Shown: in pieces, positions 31,031-42,967 of the stretch | How positions within the stretch are numbered: position 1 is the stretch's first letter | Layout: every line of letters starts with the position of its first letter | Assembly: GCF_003363435.1 (NCBI RefSeq) | Contig: NZ_QRCT01000049.1 | Location: 357,403 to 421,402 of the forward strand | Direction: 5' to 3' | Origin: Anaerosacchariphilus polymeriproducens | Lineage (GTDB): Bacteria > Bacillota > Clostridia > Lachnospirales > Lachnospiraceae | DNA length: 64,000 nucleotides | Translations under genes and position numbers: made by a program | Notes under the pieces: model-generated | Database searches by the model: none | What the model saw: only the letters and a program-made list of their open reading frames with translations | What the model was told of the DNA's origin: nothing

Positions 31031-31224
31031 CAGCCTCCTCCTACAAAACTTACAATTTCAAGAACATCTGTATCACTCAACATTACTTCTTTGTAATTTG
31101 CCTTTGGAATAATTTCACTATTTTTTTCTACCGCTATCTTTGTTGTATCATATTGATGTTTCTCTAGAAACTCTTGCAAATTTACAGAGTCTTTTAATAA
31201 GATTTCACTCCCATTAACCTTCAT
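31030..31224 (-). CDS. thiS: Sulfur carrier protein ThiS
   Basis: 64 aa ending in the diagnostic GG (..VSFVGGG). First gene of the thiSFGH-thiE operon. Confidence 0.85.
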   Translation of the reverse strand: MKVNGSEILLKDSVNLQEFLEKHQYDTTKIAVEKNSEIIPKANYKEVMLSDTDVLEIVSFVGGG

Positions 31225-31249
31225 CTTTTCACCTCTTTCACTAATTTTA

Positions 31250-31311
31250 ATAATAAAAAAAGAACATAAAAAGGACTACACCCTCGGTGGTGCACCCCAT
31301 TTATGTTCTTC
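31250..31311 (-). terminator. Large hairpin + U-run: terminator of the ClC gene and/or attenuator in the thiS leader
   Basis: On the minus strand, AAGAACATAAA-(30-nt loop GGGGTGCACCACCGAGGGTGTAGTCC)-TTTATGTTCTT is followed by TTTTTTTATT only about 25 nt before the thiS ATG. A TTGACA-17-TAGATT promoter-like element lies just upstream, at about 31330..31362. Confidence 0.55.
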
Positions 31312-31365
31312 GTAATTAACTATCTATAATCTAACACAATCTCTATTCTATGTCAAACCGTATTT

Positions 31366-32934
31366 TTAACAATGTGTAGAGGATGTCATTTCATCCAAAA
31401 ACGTTCTAACCTTATGTTCATCCTTAACAGCCGTTATTACAACTAAATAATCTCCTGCCTTCATCTCTACATCTCCTCTTGGTATAATCTCTTTTCCATC
31501 TCGACGTATTGATATTAATAAACTTTCATCAGGAAATGGAATCTGTTTCACTAATTTCTTCTCACAATTTGAACCAAAATGAACGACCGATTCCACCGTT
31601 ATTCTTCTTACATGATCCCGCTTTGTTGTCTTTAAATCATTCTTTTTTAAGTAACTTTCTAATAATGATTCGTAAATAGGTTCACTTTTTACTAAATCTG
31701 CTGTTATATAAGCAATAACAGCAACCGTTGTAAAAGATAACAAATGTGTAAACGAACCTGTCATTTCCGTTAATAATATGATTCCTGTAATCGGAGCTCT
31801 AACAATTGCAGTAAACATGCCAACCATTGCTAAAACTATGAAGTTATGATATAAACTAGGATCAAATCCCAAATATGTAACAGAAATCTTTCCCAGGACT
31901 GCCCCAAGTGTAGCACCCAAAACTAGTAACGGAAAGAAAATTCCTCCCGGTGCTCCGGAACTAAAACTTACAATAGAAAATACAAATTTAATAATTAAAA
32001 TTATGATTAACCATAGAAAACTTTTTTCTATACTTAATTCTTTTATTAAATGATGTCCTCCGCCTAGAACAATCGGTAAATAGATTCCCAATACTCCTGC
32101 TGCCAAAAATGGAATCACTGGTTTCACATAAGGAAATTTTTTAAAGATATTCTTCATTATATTCTGTGTATTTATCAATGACCAATTATAAAATGCACCG
32201 GCTAATCCTAAAATAATACCAATTGGAATAAATACCCAATATCCGTGTAAAGGTATACTATCATTTACTGCAAAATTAAAAACCGGTTCAATACCAAATA
32301 TTGTTTTGGATATAAAATCAGCAACAACAGCAGCCGAAGTAACTGCCAATAAAACAATGGGTGAAAAATATTTGAACAACTCTTCTATCGCAAACATTGT
32401 CCCTGCAAGCGGTGCATTAAATGCTGCAGCAAGCCCTGCACTTGCACCTCCGGCAATCAATACTTTTCTTTCCGTTCTGGTAGATGCAATTTTTTCACCT
32501 ACCCCTTGAGCCACGCAAGCTCCCAACTGAATTGATGGACCTTCTCTACCAACAGAAAGTCCACCAATAATTGATATGGTTCCACCAATAAATTTAAAAA
32601 TCATAGAGGTTAACCATTTATTTTTCACAGCACCTATCATATGTGCTTTTACTTGCGGAATTCCACTGCCGCCGATTAGAGGATATTTCTGTACTAATAA
32701 TCCAACTGCCAACCCGACAAACCCTAAAATTACTAATAAAATTGGTATGTAAATTAGATTTTCCCGAAAAAAGTGATAAACTATCTCAGAAAATATACCC
32801 ACTTTCTCTAATGTAAATCGAAAAGCTACCGAAACAGCTCCTGCCAGAACACCTATAAACAAACTTTTATATACAATATACAATTTTCTTGTATGTGTAT
32901 TAACTAAACTCTTATAGTTATTGCTGATATTCAT
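31366..32934 (-). CDS. ClC-family voltage-gated chloride channel / H+-Cl- antiporter with C-terminal TrkA-C domain
   Basis: 522 aa. ClC selectivity motifs GSGIP, GREGP and GIFFP, plus a C-terminal TrkA_C-like domain. Confidence 0.85.
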   Translation of the reverse strand: MNISNNYKSLVNTHTRKLYIVYKSLFIGVLAGAVSVAFRFTLEKVGIFSEIVYHFFRENLIYIPILLVILGFVGLAVGLLVQKYPLIGGSGIPQVKAHMIGAVKNKWLTSMIFKFIGGTISIIGGLSVGREGPSIQLGACVAQGVGEKIASTRTERKVLIAGGASAGLAAAFNAPLAGTMFAIEELFKYFSPIVLLAVTSAAVVADFISKTIFGIEPVFNFAVNDSIPLHGYWVFIPIGIILGLAGAFYNWSLINTQNIMKNIFKKFPYVKPVIPFLAAGVLGIYLPIVLGGGHHLIKELSIEKSFLWLIIILIIKFVFSIVSFSSGAPGGIFFPLLVLGATLGAVLGKISVTYLGFDPSLYHNFIVLAMVGMFTAIVRAPITGIILLTEMTGSFTHLLSFTTVAVIAYITADLVKSEPIYESLLESYLKKNDLKTTKRDHVRRITVESVVHFGSNCEKKLVKQIPFPDESLLISIRRDGKEIIPRGDVEMKAGDYLVVITAVKDEHKVRTFLDEMTSSTHC

Positions 32935-33110
32935 TGTATGAAATTCTCCTTAGTTTTATTTTAAGTTTATGATTGTTTTTATAACATTTATTCAATTAAT
33001 AAAAGACATAATCACAATCCTAAATTTTATCATACAATGAAGTACAAAACAATCTTTAATTGCATGAAATTCAAATTACTCATGTAGAACTAAGGAAATT
33101 TTATGATTAA

Positions 33111-34451
<1,341 letters not shown>

Positions 34452-34458
34452 CTATTAT

Positions 34459-36048
34459 CTATAACAATTTTTCAAATTCCTCTCTTACACGGACTACTTT
34501 CAGTCCAATAATGATCTGTATAGAGGTTCCATTAATCACGGCACCATGTGCCCCTGCTGATTTAAATGCTTGTGGATCTTGTACCAAAGACTCATCTTTT
34601 ACACTGACTCTAAGTCTTGTAGCACAGTTGTTAACTTCTGAGATATTATCTTTTCCACCTAAGGCATCCAAAAATGCCTGTGCTTTTGTTGTATAATCAT
34701 CACTGCTGCTGCCTTTTTCTGCTGCTTTCTTCTCTTTATAGTCTGCTTTGGTAAATAATTTCGTCTCTTCTCCCTGCTCTTCACGTCCAGGTGTTCTGAA
34801 ATTAAATTTCAAAATCAAAAAGCGGAACACAACAACATATATACCTATAAAAACGAATCCTATAATGAACTGTATCACATATGTAATTCCATGGCTCGCT
34901 CCCAGAGGTATCCAGTTCGATGCTGCAAATTCTATTCCTCCGCCTACAAAATACCCTACAACACCAAATATGTAACATGTCATGTCCAACAGAGCCGACA
35001 AAATTGAATGAACTAAGAATAAGACTGGTGCTTCAAATAAAAACGTAAATTCTAAAGGTTCTGTCACTCCACATAACACAGCAGTTAACGTCGCCGGTAT
35101 AAGAAGTCCTGCTACCTTTTTACGATTTTCTTTTCTGGCAGTGGAATAGATTGCAAGTGCAATTCCTATACTGCCGAACATTTTTTCCATCCCATATAAG
35201 GCAAATCCACCTTGAGGAAATAATTCTTTAAGAGATTTGGTTGAATTTGCAAATTCATTTAAATGCTGCATCCAATAGGAAGCAATCCCTCCATCTACAA
35301 CAAGGTTATCAAATTGGAACGGTGAATAAACAAAATGATGTAATCCTGTTGGTATAAGTATTCTATTTAGGAATGCATAAATCCCAACTCCTGCTGTACC
35401 GGAACCTGCAATAAAGTTTTGCATAGAACTTATACCCATTTGAACCTTTGGCCAAATCAATGCTACTAAAAATGCAACAGGTATCATTACAAAGAAGCAA
35501 ATCATATATACAAACGTTGATCCTTTAAAAATACCTAAAAATTCCGGGAGTTCTGTATCAAAGAAACGATTATGAATATATACAACTATTGAAGATATCA
35601 AAATCGCCCCAATCATTCCCATGTCTAATGTTTGAATACCTGCTACGGTAGTGATACCTGTCCTACCACTTTCAAACACTACACCAAAACTATCACCCCA
35701 AAATGTAAAAATCTGATTTAAAAAATAATTGAATGTAAGAAATATTACTAATGCTTCCAAGCACGCCCTTGCATTCTGTTTCTTCGCTAATCCAATTGGA
35801 AGCGCTACGACGAAAACTAATGGCATGTTTTTGAAAATAGTCCATGATCCGCTTTCAACAACGCTCCAAATCTTGAACCACAAGGTTGTTTCATTAGCCA
35901 ATGCTCCTACAATATCCGTATTCTTACATACAGAAGATATTCCTACCATTATACCTGCAAAGGCAAATAGCAGTACCGGCGTAAACATAGCACCGCCGAA
36001 ACGTTGTACCTTTTCCATTATTTTACTTCCCATAACCTTCTCCTTCAT
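34459..36048 (-). CDS. PTS alpha-glucoside/maltose-specific EIICB component (GlvC/MalB-like)
   Basis: EIIC polytopic domain plus C-terminal EIIB with the CATRLR phospho-Cys motif (NCATRLRV). True start uncertain: MKEKV, MGSKIMEK or MEKVQ, with GAAGGAGAAGG as the SD. Confidence 0.8.
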   Translation of the reverse strand: MKEKVMGSKIMEKVQRFGGAMFTPVLLFAFAGIMVGISSVCKNTDIVGALANETTLWFKIWSVVESGSWTIFKNMPLVFVVALPIGLAKKQNARACLEALVIFLTFNYFLNQIFTFWGDSFGVVFESGRTGITTVAGIQTLDMGMIGAILISSIVVYIHNRFFDTELPEFLGIFKGSTFVYMICFFVMIPVAFLVALIWPKVQMGISSMQNFIAGSGTAGVGIYAFLNRILIPTGLHHFVYSPFQFDNLVVDGGIASYWMQHLNEFANSTKSLKELFPQGGFALYGMEKMFGSIGIALAIYSTARKENRKKVAGLLIPATLTAVLCGVTEPLEFTFLFEAPVLFLVHSILSALLDMTCYIFGVVGYFVGGGIEFAASNWIPLGASHGITYVIQFIIGFVFIGIYVVVFRFLILKFNFRTPGREEQGEETKLFTKADYKEKKAAEKGSSSDDYTTKAQAFLDALGGKDNISEVNNCATRLRVSVKDESLVQDPQAFKSAGAHGAVINGTSIQIIIGLKVVRVREEFEKLL

Positions 36049-36284
36049 AATCTTATTCTATTAAACGGCCATTTAATATATCATTATCTTATTATTAATT
36101 TCTAATTTATACAACACTTTTACCATTTTTAGGTATTTTGCATGTCCTTTAGTATATCTTCACAATTCACTGTGAGATTTCACAAAAAATGACACCAATC
36201 GCCATTTTCTGATAGCAATTAGTGTCTATTACTGTTATTGTTCTTTTTATCTTTCATAGTAAAATTTATGCAAAAATTAAGTGA

Positions 36285-37067
36285 TTATTCTTTTAAACCA
36301 AATGTTTCTTCATATATTTTTTGTAAGTAATCCATATACTTTAAAACAAGTATTTCTACCACTACAAAAAATAATGAAGTAGTTTCATAATGCCTGTCAC
36401 CAGATTCTACCGGTGAAGTTGAAATATATATATTTTCATCACACATTCCGGCTAAAGTATTCGATTTCATTCTCGTAAATGATATAGCTTTTACATTTTT
36501 TAATTTCAGTATTTTAGCCAATTCAACTGCCTGATCTGATTCTCCAGTCAAGGAAATAACTATGACCAGATCCTCATCTGTAAGCATATCGCATGCTAAA
36601 GCGACCTCACTTTCGCGTCCCTCAATATGATAGATACATACCTGTGCAGACAAAAAAGCTCTTTTCAACTCTTGGGCTACAAATGATTGTACCGCTCCCG
36701 TACCATATACAAAAACTCTGTTCGCCCCATATATCATATTACAGACTGCCGTAAAATCTTTTCCTTCCATATCATTAATCAATCTATGATAACTATAACA
36801 GACATCTGCAATTGAACTTCTGAAATTATGGTTCTGCAATTTTTCGCATTCTATTTTTAACCTTACCTTTAATTCGCTAAAACCAGAAAATTCTAATTTC
36901 TGGGCAAACCGCATAATTGTCGTTCTGGAAACATTACAATGTTTTGCCATATCTTCAATCGTATAGTTACCACATTTCTTTTTATTTTCTGAAATAAAAT
37001 GCCAGATATAAATATCATTCTCATTTAATTTATTATAGTTCTTCCTTACTAATTCTTCTATACTCAT
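36285..37067 (-). CDS. RpiR/MurR-family transcriptional regulator (HTH + SIS domain), glv operon regulator candidate
   Basis: 260 aa. N-terminal HTH_6 (NVSRTTIMRFAQKLEFSGFSELK) and C-terminal SIS domain. Heads the PTS/GH4 operon. Confidence 0.8.
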   Translation of the reverse strand: MSIEELVRKNYNKLNENDIYIWHFISENKKKCGNYTIEDMAKHCNVSRTTIMRFAQKLEFSGFSELKVRLKIECEKLQNHNFRSSIADVCYSYHRLINDMEGKDFTAVCNMIYGANRVFVYGTGAVQSFVAQELKRAFLSAQVCIYHIEGRESEVALACDMLTDEDLVIVISLTGESDQAVELAKILKLKNVKAISFTRMKSNTLAGMCDENIYISTSPVESGDRHYETTSLFFVVVEILVLKYMDYLQKIYEETFGLKE

Positions 37068-37308
37068 TTATATTCCCTTTCTCTAATTGTTAGATTCACA
37101 AGTTCCTCATCCCTCTTAATTATTATAGCAAGAAGCTTATAAACAATCAAAAATTTTTTATTTATTATTAAGAATTCTAACTCTTACTATTTGAACTGGT
37201 ATGCATAATTATTATAGAACTGGTTCTTCACAATAGTCCAGATATTGTTATAATAAGTATCAATTGAAATCAATTTAATATAAAAACCATTTCAGAAGGA
37301 GGATTTTC

Positions 37309-38184
37309 ATGTCAGAAAACCGTTATGAATTAAATAAAGCATTAGCTCAAATGTTAAAAGGCGGCGTTATAATGGACGTCACAACGCCGGAACAAGCCAA
37401 AATCGCACAAGAAGCAGGTGCCTGCGCTGTTATGGCTCTCGAAAGAATTCCTGCAGATATTCGTGCGGCAGGTGGAGTTTCACGTACCAGTGACCCCAAA
37501 ATGATCCAGAGCATCCAGGATGCCGTATCAATTCCCGTTATGGCCAAAGCAAGAATCGGACATTTTGTAGAAGCGCAGATCCTCGAAGCAATTGAAATCG
37601 ACTATATCGACGAAAGCGAAGTATTATCTCCTGCAGACGATGTATATCATATAGACAAAACAAGATTTAAAGTTCCATTTGTCTGTGGTGCCAAAGATTT
37701 AGGAGAAGCACTCAGGCGAATCAATGAAGGCGCTTCCATGATTCGTACCAAAGGAGAACCGGGCACAGGGGACATTGTCCAGGCAGTACGTCATATGCGA
37801 AAAATGAACCGGCAGATTGGCGAACTGGTTTCTTTACAGGAAAATGAATTATTTCATGCTGCCAAAGAACTTCAGGTCCCTTTTGAATTAGTACAATATG
37901 TCCATGACAACAAACGTCTTCCTGTTGTCAATTTTGCTGCAGGAGGAATTGCAACTCCAGCAGATGCTGCACTGATGATGCAGTTAGGAGCCGAAGGTGT
38001 CTTTGTCGGTTCTGGGATATTTAAATCCAAAAATCCACAAAAACGTGCAGCATCCATAGTAAAAGCAGTGACTAATTACAATGACCCTAAAATATTAGCA
38101 GAATTATCATCTGACCTTGGTGAAGCAATGGTCGGAATTAATGAACAGGAAATTCAGCTGCTAATGGCCGAACGCGGTATTTAG
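37309..38184 (+). CDS. pdxS: Pyridoxal 5'-phosphate synthase lyase subunit PdxS
   Basis: 291 aa. Highly conserved PdxS/SNZ sequence (GGVIMDV...[13 protein letters not shown]...). Confidence 0.95.
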   Translation: MSENRYELNKALAQMLKGGVIMDVTTPEQAKIAQEAGACAVMALERIPADIRAAGGVSRTSDPKMIQSIQDAVSIPVMAKARIGHFVEAQILEAIEIDYIDESEVLSPADDVYHIDKTRFKVPFVCGAKDLGEALRRINEGASMIRTKGEPGTGDIVQAVRHMRKMNRQIGELVSLQENELFHAAKELQVPFELVQYVHDNKRLPVVNFAAGGIATPADAALMMQLGAEGVFVGSGIFKSKNPQKRAASIVKAVTNYNDPKILAELSSDLGEAMVGINEQEIQLLMAERGI

Positions 38185-38200
38185 CAGAAAGGATACCTTC

Positions 38201-38782
38201 ATGAAAATTGGAATATTAGCATTACAAGGTGCCTTTTGGGAACATGCCGGCAAATTAAAAGAGTTAGGCGTCGAATCATTTGAAATCAGAAAAAAAACAG
38301 ATCTGCAACAGAGTTACGATGGTCTTATTCTTCCGGGAGGAGAAAGTACAGTAATGGGAAAACTTTTAAAAGAATTAGATTTATTTCAACCTCTTTATGA
38401 AAAAATCAAAGATGGTCTTCCTGTACTTGCTACCTGTTCAGGCTTGATCCTTCTGGCCTCTGAACTATCAAATGATTCTAATTCCTATTTTGCTACCATG
38501 CCAATTAAAGTACGAAGAAATGCTTACGGCAGACAACTCGGAAGTTTTTCGGTATCAGCAGATGTCAAAAATATCGGAAAGGTCCCATTAGTATTTATCC
38601 GGGCCCCATATATTGAATCCGTAGAAAATTCCGTTGAAGTATTAGCAACCGTAAATGACCGAATCGTAGCAGCCCGTTATCAAAATCAACTCGGTCTTGC
38701 GTTTCATCCTGAAATTACTCAGGATTCTTCGATACACCGTTACTTTATATCAATCTGCAAGAATCCTGTCCCAATAATTTAA
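38201..38782 (+). CDS. pdxT: Pyridoxal 5'-phosphate synthase glutaminase subunit PdxT
   Basis: 193 aa class I glutamine amidotransferase (MKIGILALQGAF..., catalytic Cys in LATCSG). Follows pdxS. Confidence 0.9.
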   Translation: MKIGILALQGAFWEHAGKLKELGVESFEIRKKTDLQQSYDGLILPGGESTVMGKLLKELDLFQPLYEKIKDGLPVLATCSGLILLASELSNDSNSYFATMPIKVRRNAYGRQLGSFSVSADVKNIGKVPLVFIRAPYIESVENSVEVLATVNDRIVAARYQNQLGLAFHPEITQDSSIHRYFISICKNPVPII

Positions 38783-38786
38783 ATGT

Positions 38787-38830
38787 AAAGTCACAGAATA
38801 AAAATGAAAACTCATATTCTGTGACTTTAT
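38787..38830 (+). terminator. Rho-independent terminator after pdxT (bidirectional with GGDEF gene end)
   Basis: Stem AAAGTCACAGAATA / TATTCTGTGACTTT with a 14-nt loop and a T-rich tail. Confidence 0.7.
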
Positions 38831-38832
38831 AG

Positions 38833-39909
38833 CTATCCACGTACATAAACAATATTGTTTTTCCCTCTTTTTTTGGCTTGATACATTGCACGATCTGCAG
38901 ATTTGAATAATTCTTCTATGGATTGTAGTCCTCTATGTCTGACCAGACCGGAACTAATTGTAATATGAGTTATCTGTCCATTCTCTGCCAATACAAAGGT
39001 GTGATTCAATAATTCTGTACGGATTTTTTCTAAAATAGCAATTACATTTTCTTCATGAAGATTTGAAAAAATAATAGCAAATTCTTCTCCACCAAAACGT
39101 ATCGGATAACCTATTCTATTAACATATTTCTTAAATAGTTTAGAAAGGTACAATAAAACTTCGTCTCCTTTGGCATGTCCATATGTATCATTAATAACTT
39201 TAAAATTATCAATATCTAAAACTGCCAAATATACCAGATTCCCTTGCTCTATTTCACCATGCAGTACATCAAACATTACTTTTCTATTATACAATCCGGT
39301 CAGGGTGTCACGGTTCAATTGTTCCGATAACTCCGTTTGTTTCTGATAACATTGTAACATAAAATTCATTCTTTCCCTTTCTCTTTGTATTAGCAAAGAA
39401 GCAATTCCATCAGAACAAACCGTAATGATGATTGCTACTACTATTTCAAAAGGGAGTTCCTTATCACCTGCCCGCAATTCAACCGCACTTATAATACCTG
39501 CTAATATTAACGATATAATACTTAAGACCGTTAACAACCGTGTGATTTTTATATTTCCAAATGTAATCGAAATATAAATAGCAATCACTGGTGCACATAA
39601 TACCGGTACAAATACATAATGAGTTAATTCCACACATACACATAAAAAAAAGCAAACCATACAAATCGTAATATTTTTAAATGTTTCAGAATATCGTTCT
39701 GATTTTAATAATAGATATCCTATCACTAAAACTATAATATTAAAAACAGAAGGGATTATTAAAAATCTTATTAAAAATATTGGTATTGAAAAACATAACA
39801 ATCCTACCCTCTCATCATAAAGAAATATAATAACTTCCGTCAAAAAGATAACAAATGCAATTATGCTAAATCTTTTAAACAGCAACATCCTCCAACGTTT
39901 ATTTAGCAT
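38833..39909 (-). CDS. Membrane-anchored diguanylate cyclase (GGDEF domain)
   Basis: 358 aa. N-terminal multi-TM region and a C-terminal GGDEF domain with intact GGEEF (RFGGEEFAIIF). Confidence 0.85.
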   Translation of the reverse strand: MLNKRWRMLLFKRFSIIAFVIFLTEVIIFLYDERVGLLCFSIPIFLIRFLIIPSVFNIIVLVIGYLLLKSERYSETFKNITICMVCFFLCVCVELTHYVFVPVLCAPVIAIYISITFGNIKITRLLTVLSIISLILAGIISAVELRAGDKELPFEIVVAIIITVCSDGIASLLIQRERERMNFMLQCYQKQTELSEQLNRDTLTGLYNRKVMFDVLHGEIEQGNLVYLAVLDIDNFKVINDTYGHAKGDEVLLYLSKLFKKYVNRIGYPIRFGGEEFAIIFSNLHEENVIAILEKIRTELLNHTFVLAENGQITHITISSGLVRHRGLQSIEELFKSADRAMYQAKKRGKNNIVYVRG

Positions 39910-39994
39910 ATCAATAGTCTCTATAATAGTTCACCCCTTTAACCATTATTTTTCAAATATTTACATTATAACACACCTTATGCTTCTGTGCACA

Positions 39995-40024
39995 ATTAAA
40001 AAAGAGCGGACATGCCGCTCTCTT
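39995..40024 (-). terminator. Rho-independent terminator downstream of the merR-family gene
   Basis: Stem AGAGCGGC-ATGT-GCCGCTCT followed on the minus strand by TTTTTT. Confidence 0.7.
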
Positions 40025-40029
40025 GATAA

Positions 40030-40764
40030 TTAAGATAATGATACACAATAATTTTTAATGGCTCTGCTGACAAATTCAGCTGTTCCCTCTCCTCCCATCC
40101 GGTCTATGGAATCTTTCATTCTGCCATCTGCAATATACATTTCACCTAAACCTGCCAGGATTTCATTCGTACAAGTATAATATCCTTTCGTAATACAGTG
40201 TTGAAGTTTCATGACTTGCTTCCTGACTACTTCCAAATCGACATCTAAATCTAACATTTTACCAAATTCAGCAAAAATCTGTGTCATTTCTTGGTTGATT
40301 TGTTTCCAGTCTTCCTTGGAATATTTTCCTGTCTTAGTTTCAAATTCCTTATAGGCATCCGTCTCTTGCCACTTTTCTTTCGCTTCTTTTGCGTATTCAT
40401 CTATTTTCTGTGTATTAAATGCTGAAAAATCCATTTTTTTCACTCCTGTTAATTTTATTTCAAAAGCAAGGTTAATTAATTCATCCAGACGTTCTCTTTT
40501 CATTTGAAGCAATGCAATTTGTTGTTCGAGCGCTTTCTTCTTATCAAATCCGGGACTATCTATTATTTGCTTAATTTCCTTTAAAGAAAACTGCAATTCA
40601 CGAAACAGTAAAATCTGCTGCAAACGTTCTAAGGCTGTATCGTCATACAGTCTATATTTTGACTTCGTCACTTCATTCGGATGTAATAATCCAATCTTAT
40701 CATAATAATGCAGAGTGCGTACGCTCACTCCTGTGCGTTTACTTACTTGATTTACTGTCATCAT
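40030..40764 (-). CDS. MerR-family transcriptional activator (TipAL/Mta-like, with C-terminal TipAS-type effector domain)
   Basis: 244 aa. N-terminal MerR HTH (VNQVSKRTGVSVRTLHYYDKIGLL), a coiled-coil linker and a C-terminal TipAS-like domain. Confidence 0.8.
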   Translation of the reverse strand: MMTVNQVSKRTGVSVRTLHYYDKIGLLHPNEVTKSKYRLYDDTALERLQQILLFRELQFSLKEIKQIIDSPGFDKKKALEQQIALLQMKRERLDELINLAFEIKLTGVKKMDFSAFNTQKIDEYAKEAKEKWQETDAYKEFETKTGKYSKEDWKQINQEMTQIFAEFGKMLDLDVDLEVVRKQVMKLQHCITKGYYTCTNEILAGLGEMYIADGRMKDSIDRMGGEGTAEFVSRAIKNYCVSLS

Positions 40765-40843
40765 ATCTTTAACCTCCTTTTGATATCATAATCATAAACT
40801 ATGACCTAATGTCAGAGTCAATACTTTTTTAAAATTTTTTAAA

Positions 40844-42967
40844 TTACACCAAATTAAATGCCTTAAATAAAGTTGTGGTTATAAAACATACCCCAAATGC
40901 TATTGCGGTAGGAATTATAAAGGATAGTGCTGTCCATTTTATGCTTCCACTCTCCTTTTTTATTGTTAATAAAGTAGTCCCACAAGGCCAATGCAGTAAA
41001 CTGAAAAGCATAACATTCAATGCCGTAAGATAAGTCCATCCATGTTCTAATAATATCTTTTTTAAGGAATCTATATTTTCAAACTCAACCATACTGCCTG
41101 TAGACAAATAAGCCATCATAAGTATCGGAAGTACAATTTCATTGGCGGGAAGCCCTAGTATAAAAGCCATTAAAATATATCCATCCAGCCCTATTATTTG
41201 AGCAATCGGATTAAGGAAAGAAGCTCCATAACTGATAATACTAAGATTTCCAATATAAACATTACCCAATATCCAAGTAATTGCACCTGCCGGCGCAGCT
41301 ATAATTACCGCCCTCCAGAGTACAAAGATAGTCCTGTCGATCATTGATGTATACAATACCCTTCCTATTTGAGGGACTCGATAAGGCGGTAATTCTAAAG
41401 TAAAGGTTGACGGTATTCCTTTTAACAAAGTTTTCGATAATAAATAGGAAACCAGCAAAGTTACTAAAATTCCAATTACGACTAAACCAGTAATAAAAAG
41501 CACAGGAATCATACCAGAACCCATTCTTCCTTTTACAACAAAAAAAGTCATTGAAATTGTTATTAGTGTGGGAAACCTTCCATTACAAGGTACAAAATTA
41601 TTTGTTAAAATTGCAATAATTCTTTCTCTTGGAGAATCGATAATTCTACATGAAATTACTCCAGCTGCATTACATCCTAATCCCATACACATTGTTAAGC
41701 ATTGCTTCCCATGAGCACACGCTTTTTTAAAAAGATGATCCAGATTAAAAGCTACTCTGGGCAGATAGCCCAAATCTTCTAAAATAGTAAGTAATGGGAA
41801 AAAAATAGCCATTGGGGGAAGCATCACTGAAATTACCCATGCAAGAGTTCTATATAATCCCAAAACAACTACTCCATGAAGCCATTTCGCTGCATGTATG
41901 TTCATAAATAATTCAGTCAACTTATCTTCGAGTCCAAATAGAACTGATGCGATCAACTCAGACGGTTTGTTCGCACCAACGATCGTAAGCCAGAATACTG
42001 CCGCTAATGTTAATAACATAATAGGAATTCCAAATTTTTTAGAAGTAATATAGTTATCAATCATTCTTTCTCGATTTCTTTTCATATGATCTTCATTCAC
42101 ACACTTATTCCGAACTTCTTCTGCTTTCTTATAAATCTGTTCTGTAATTTTGTCTCTAAGTATTATTCTTTCTCTTGTTTCTATTTTATTAATTTCATCT
42201 AACAATTCTGGATTTTGTTTTAAGCACTTGCTAAGAATGGAATCAAGAAATTTAGGCTCTGAATCTAGAGCTCTTAATGCAATCCATCTAAGATTCATTC
42301 TCCCCTTATATTGATTAAAGAAAGGTTCCAATAAGGACTGCATAGATTGGATTTTATCTTCTACTTCTTTGGAATACTCCATTAATACGGGAAAAAACTT
42401 TGCATTTTGGTTCGTTACCTGAAATACGATTTCCTTAAGTTCATTCATTCCTATTCCTTGTCTTGCAGCACATAATACTACTGGTATTCCTAATTCCTTT
42501 TGTAATCTTTTTTTATTTATGATTATATTTCTCTTTACAGCTTCATCGATCAAATTTATACATAAAATTACATTTTTAGTTAATTCCATTACTTGAATTA
42601 CCAGATTTAGATTTCTTTCAATGCAAGTTGCATCTGCTACTACAATAACTGCATCTGCATTTCCAAAAAGCAAAAATTCTCTGGCTACTTCCTCCTCCAC
42701 AGAGGATGCAAATAAAGAATAAGTTCCCGGAAGATCAACCAATATATTATTTCTTCCTTTATATGTAAATTCTCCTCTTGCATTCACTACGGTTTTACCA
42801 GGCCAGTTTCCTGTATGCTGGTGTAATCCAGTTAAAGAATTAAATACAGTACTTTTACCTGTATTCGGATTACCGGCTAGAGCAATAACAGCTTCTCCAT
42901 TATTCTTTTTAATATAAAACATATCTGTTAATGAAGCATTTTGAGTTGACTGAAATGTTAATCCCAT
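40844..42967 (-). CDS. feoB: Ferrous iron transporter FeoB
   Basis: 707 aa. N-terminal G-domain (GNPNTGKSTVFNSLTG) plus polytopic Gate domains. Its start overlaps the feoA stop (TAATG). Confidence 0.9.
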   Translation of the reverse strand: MGLTFQSTQNASLTDMFYIKKNNGEAVIALAGNPNTGKSTVFNSLTGLHQHTGNWPGKTVVNARGEFTYKGRNNILVDLPGTYSLFASSVEEEVAREFLLFGNADAVIVVADATCIERNLNLVIQVMELTKNVILCINLIDEAVKRNIIINKKRLQKELGIPVVLCAARQGIGMNELKEIVFQVTNQNAKFFPVLMEYSKEVEDKIQSMQSLLEPFFNQYKGRMNLRWIALRALDSEPKFLDSILSKCLKQNPELLDEINKIETRERIILRDKITEQIYKKAEEVRNKCVNEDHMKRNRERMIDNYITSKKFGIPIMLLTLAAVFWLTIVGANKPSELIASVLFGLEDKLTELFMNIHAAKWLHGVVVLGLYRTLAWVISVMLPPMAIFFPLLTILEDLGYLPRVAFNLDHLFKKACAHGKQCLTMCMGLGCNAAGVISCRIIDSPRERIIAILTNNFVPCNGRFPTLITISMTFFVVKGRMGSGMIPVLFITGLVVIGILVTLLVSYLLSKTLLKGIPSTFTLELPPYRVPQIGRVLYTSMIDRTIFVLWRAVIIAAPAGAITWILGNVYIGNLSIISYGASFLNPIAQIIGLDGYILMAFILGLPANEIVLPILMMAYLSTGSMVEFENIDSLKKILLEHGWTYLTALNVMLFSLLHWPCGTTLLTIKKESGSIKWTALSFIIPTAIAFGVCFITTTLFKAFNLV

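Noticed and set aside
31225-31365. Expected second TPP riboswitch upstream of thiS
   Set aside because: None of the conserved aptamer elements (CUGAGA, GGAUAAUGCC, ACCUGAUC) are present on either strand. Only a hairpin/U-run is seen.
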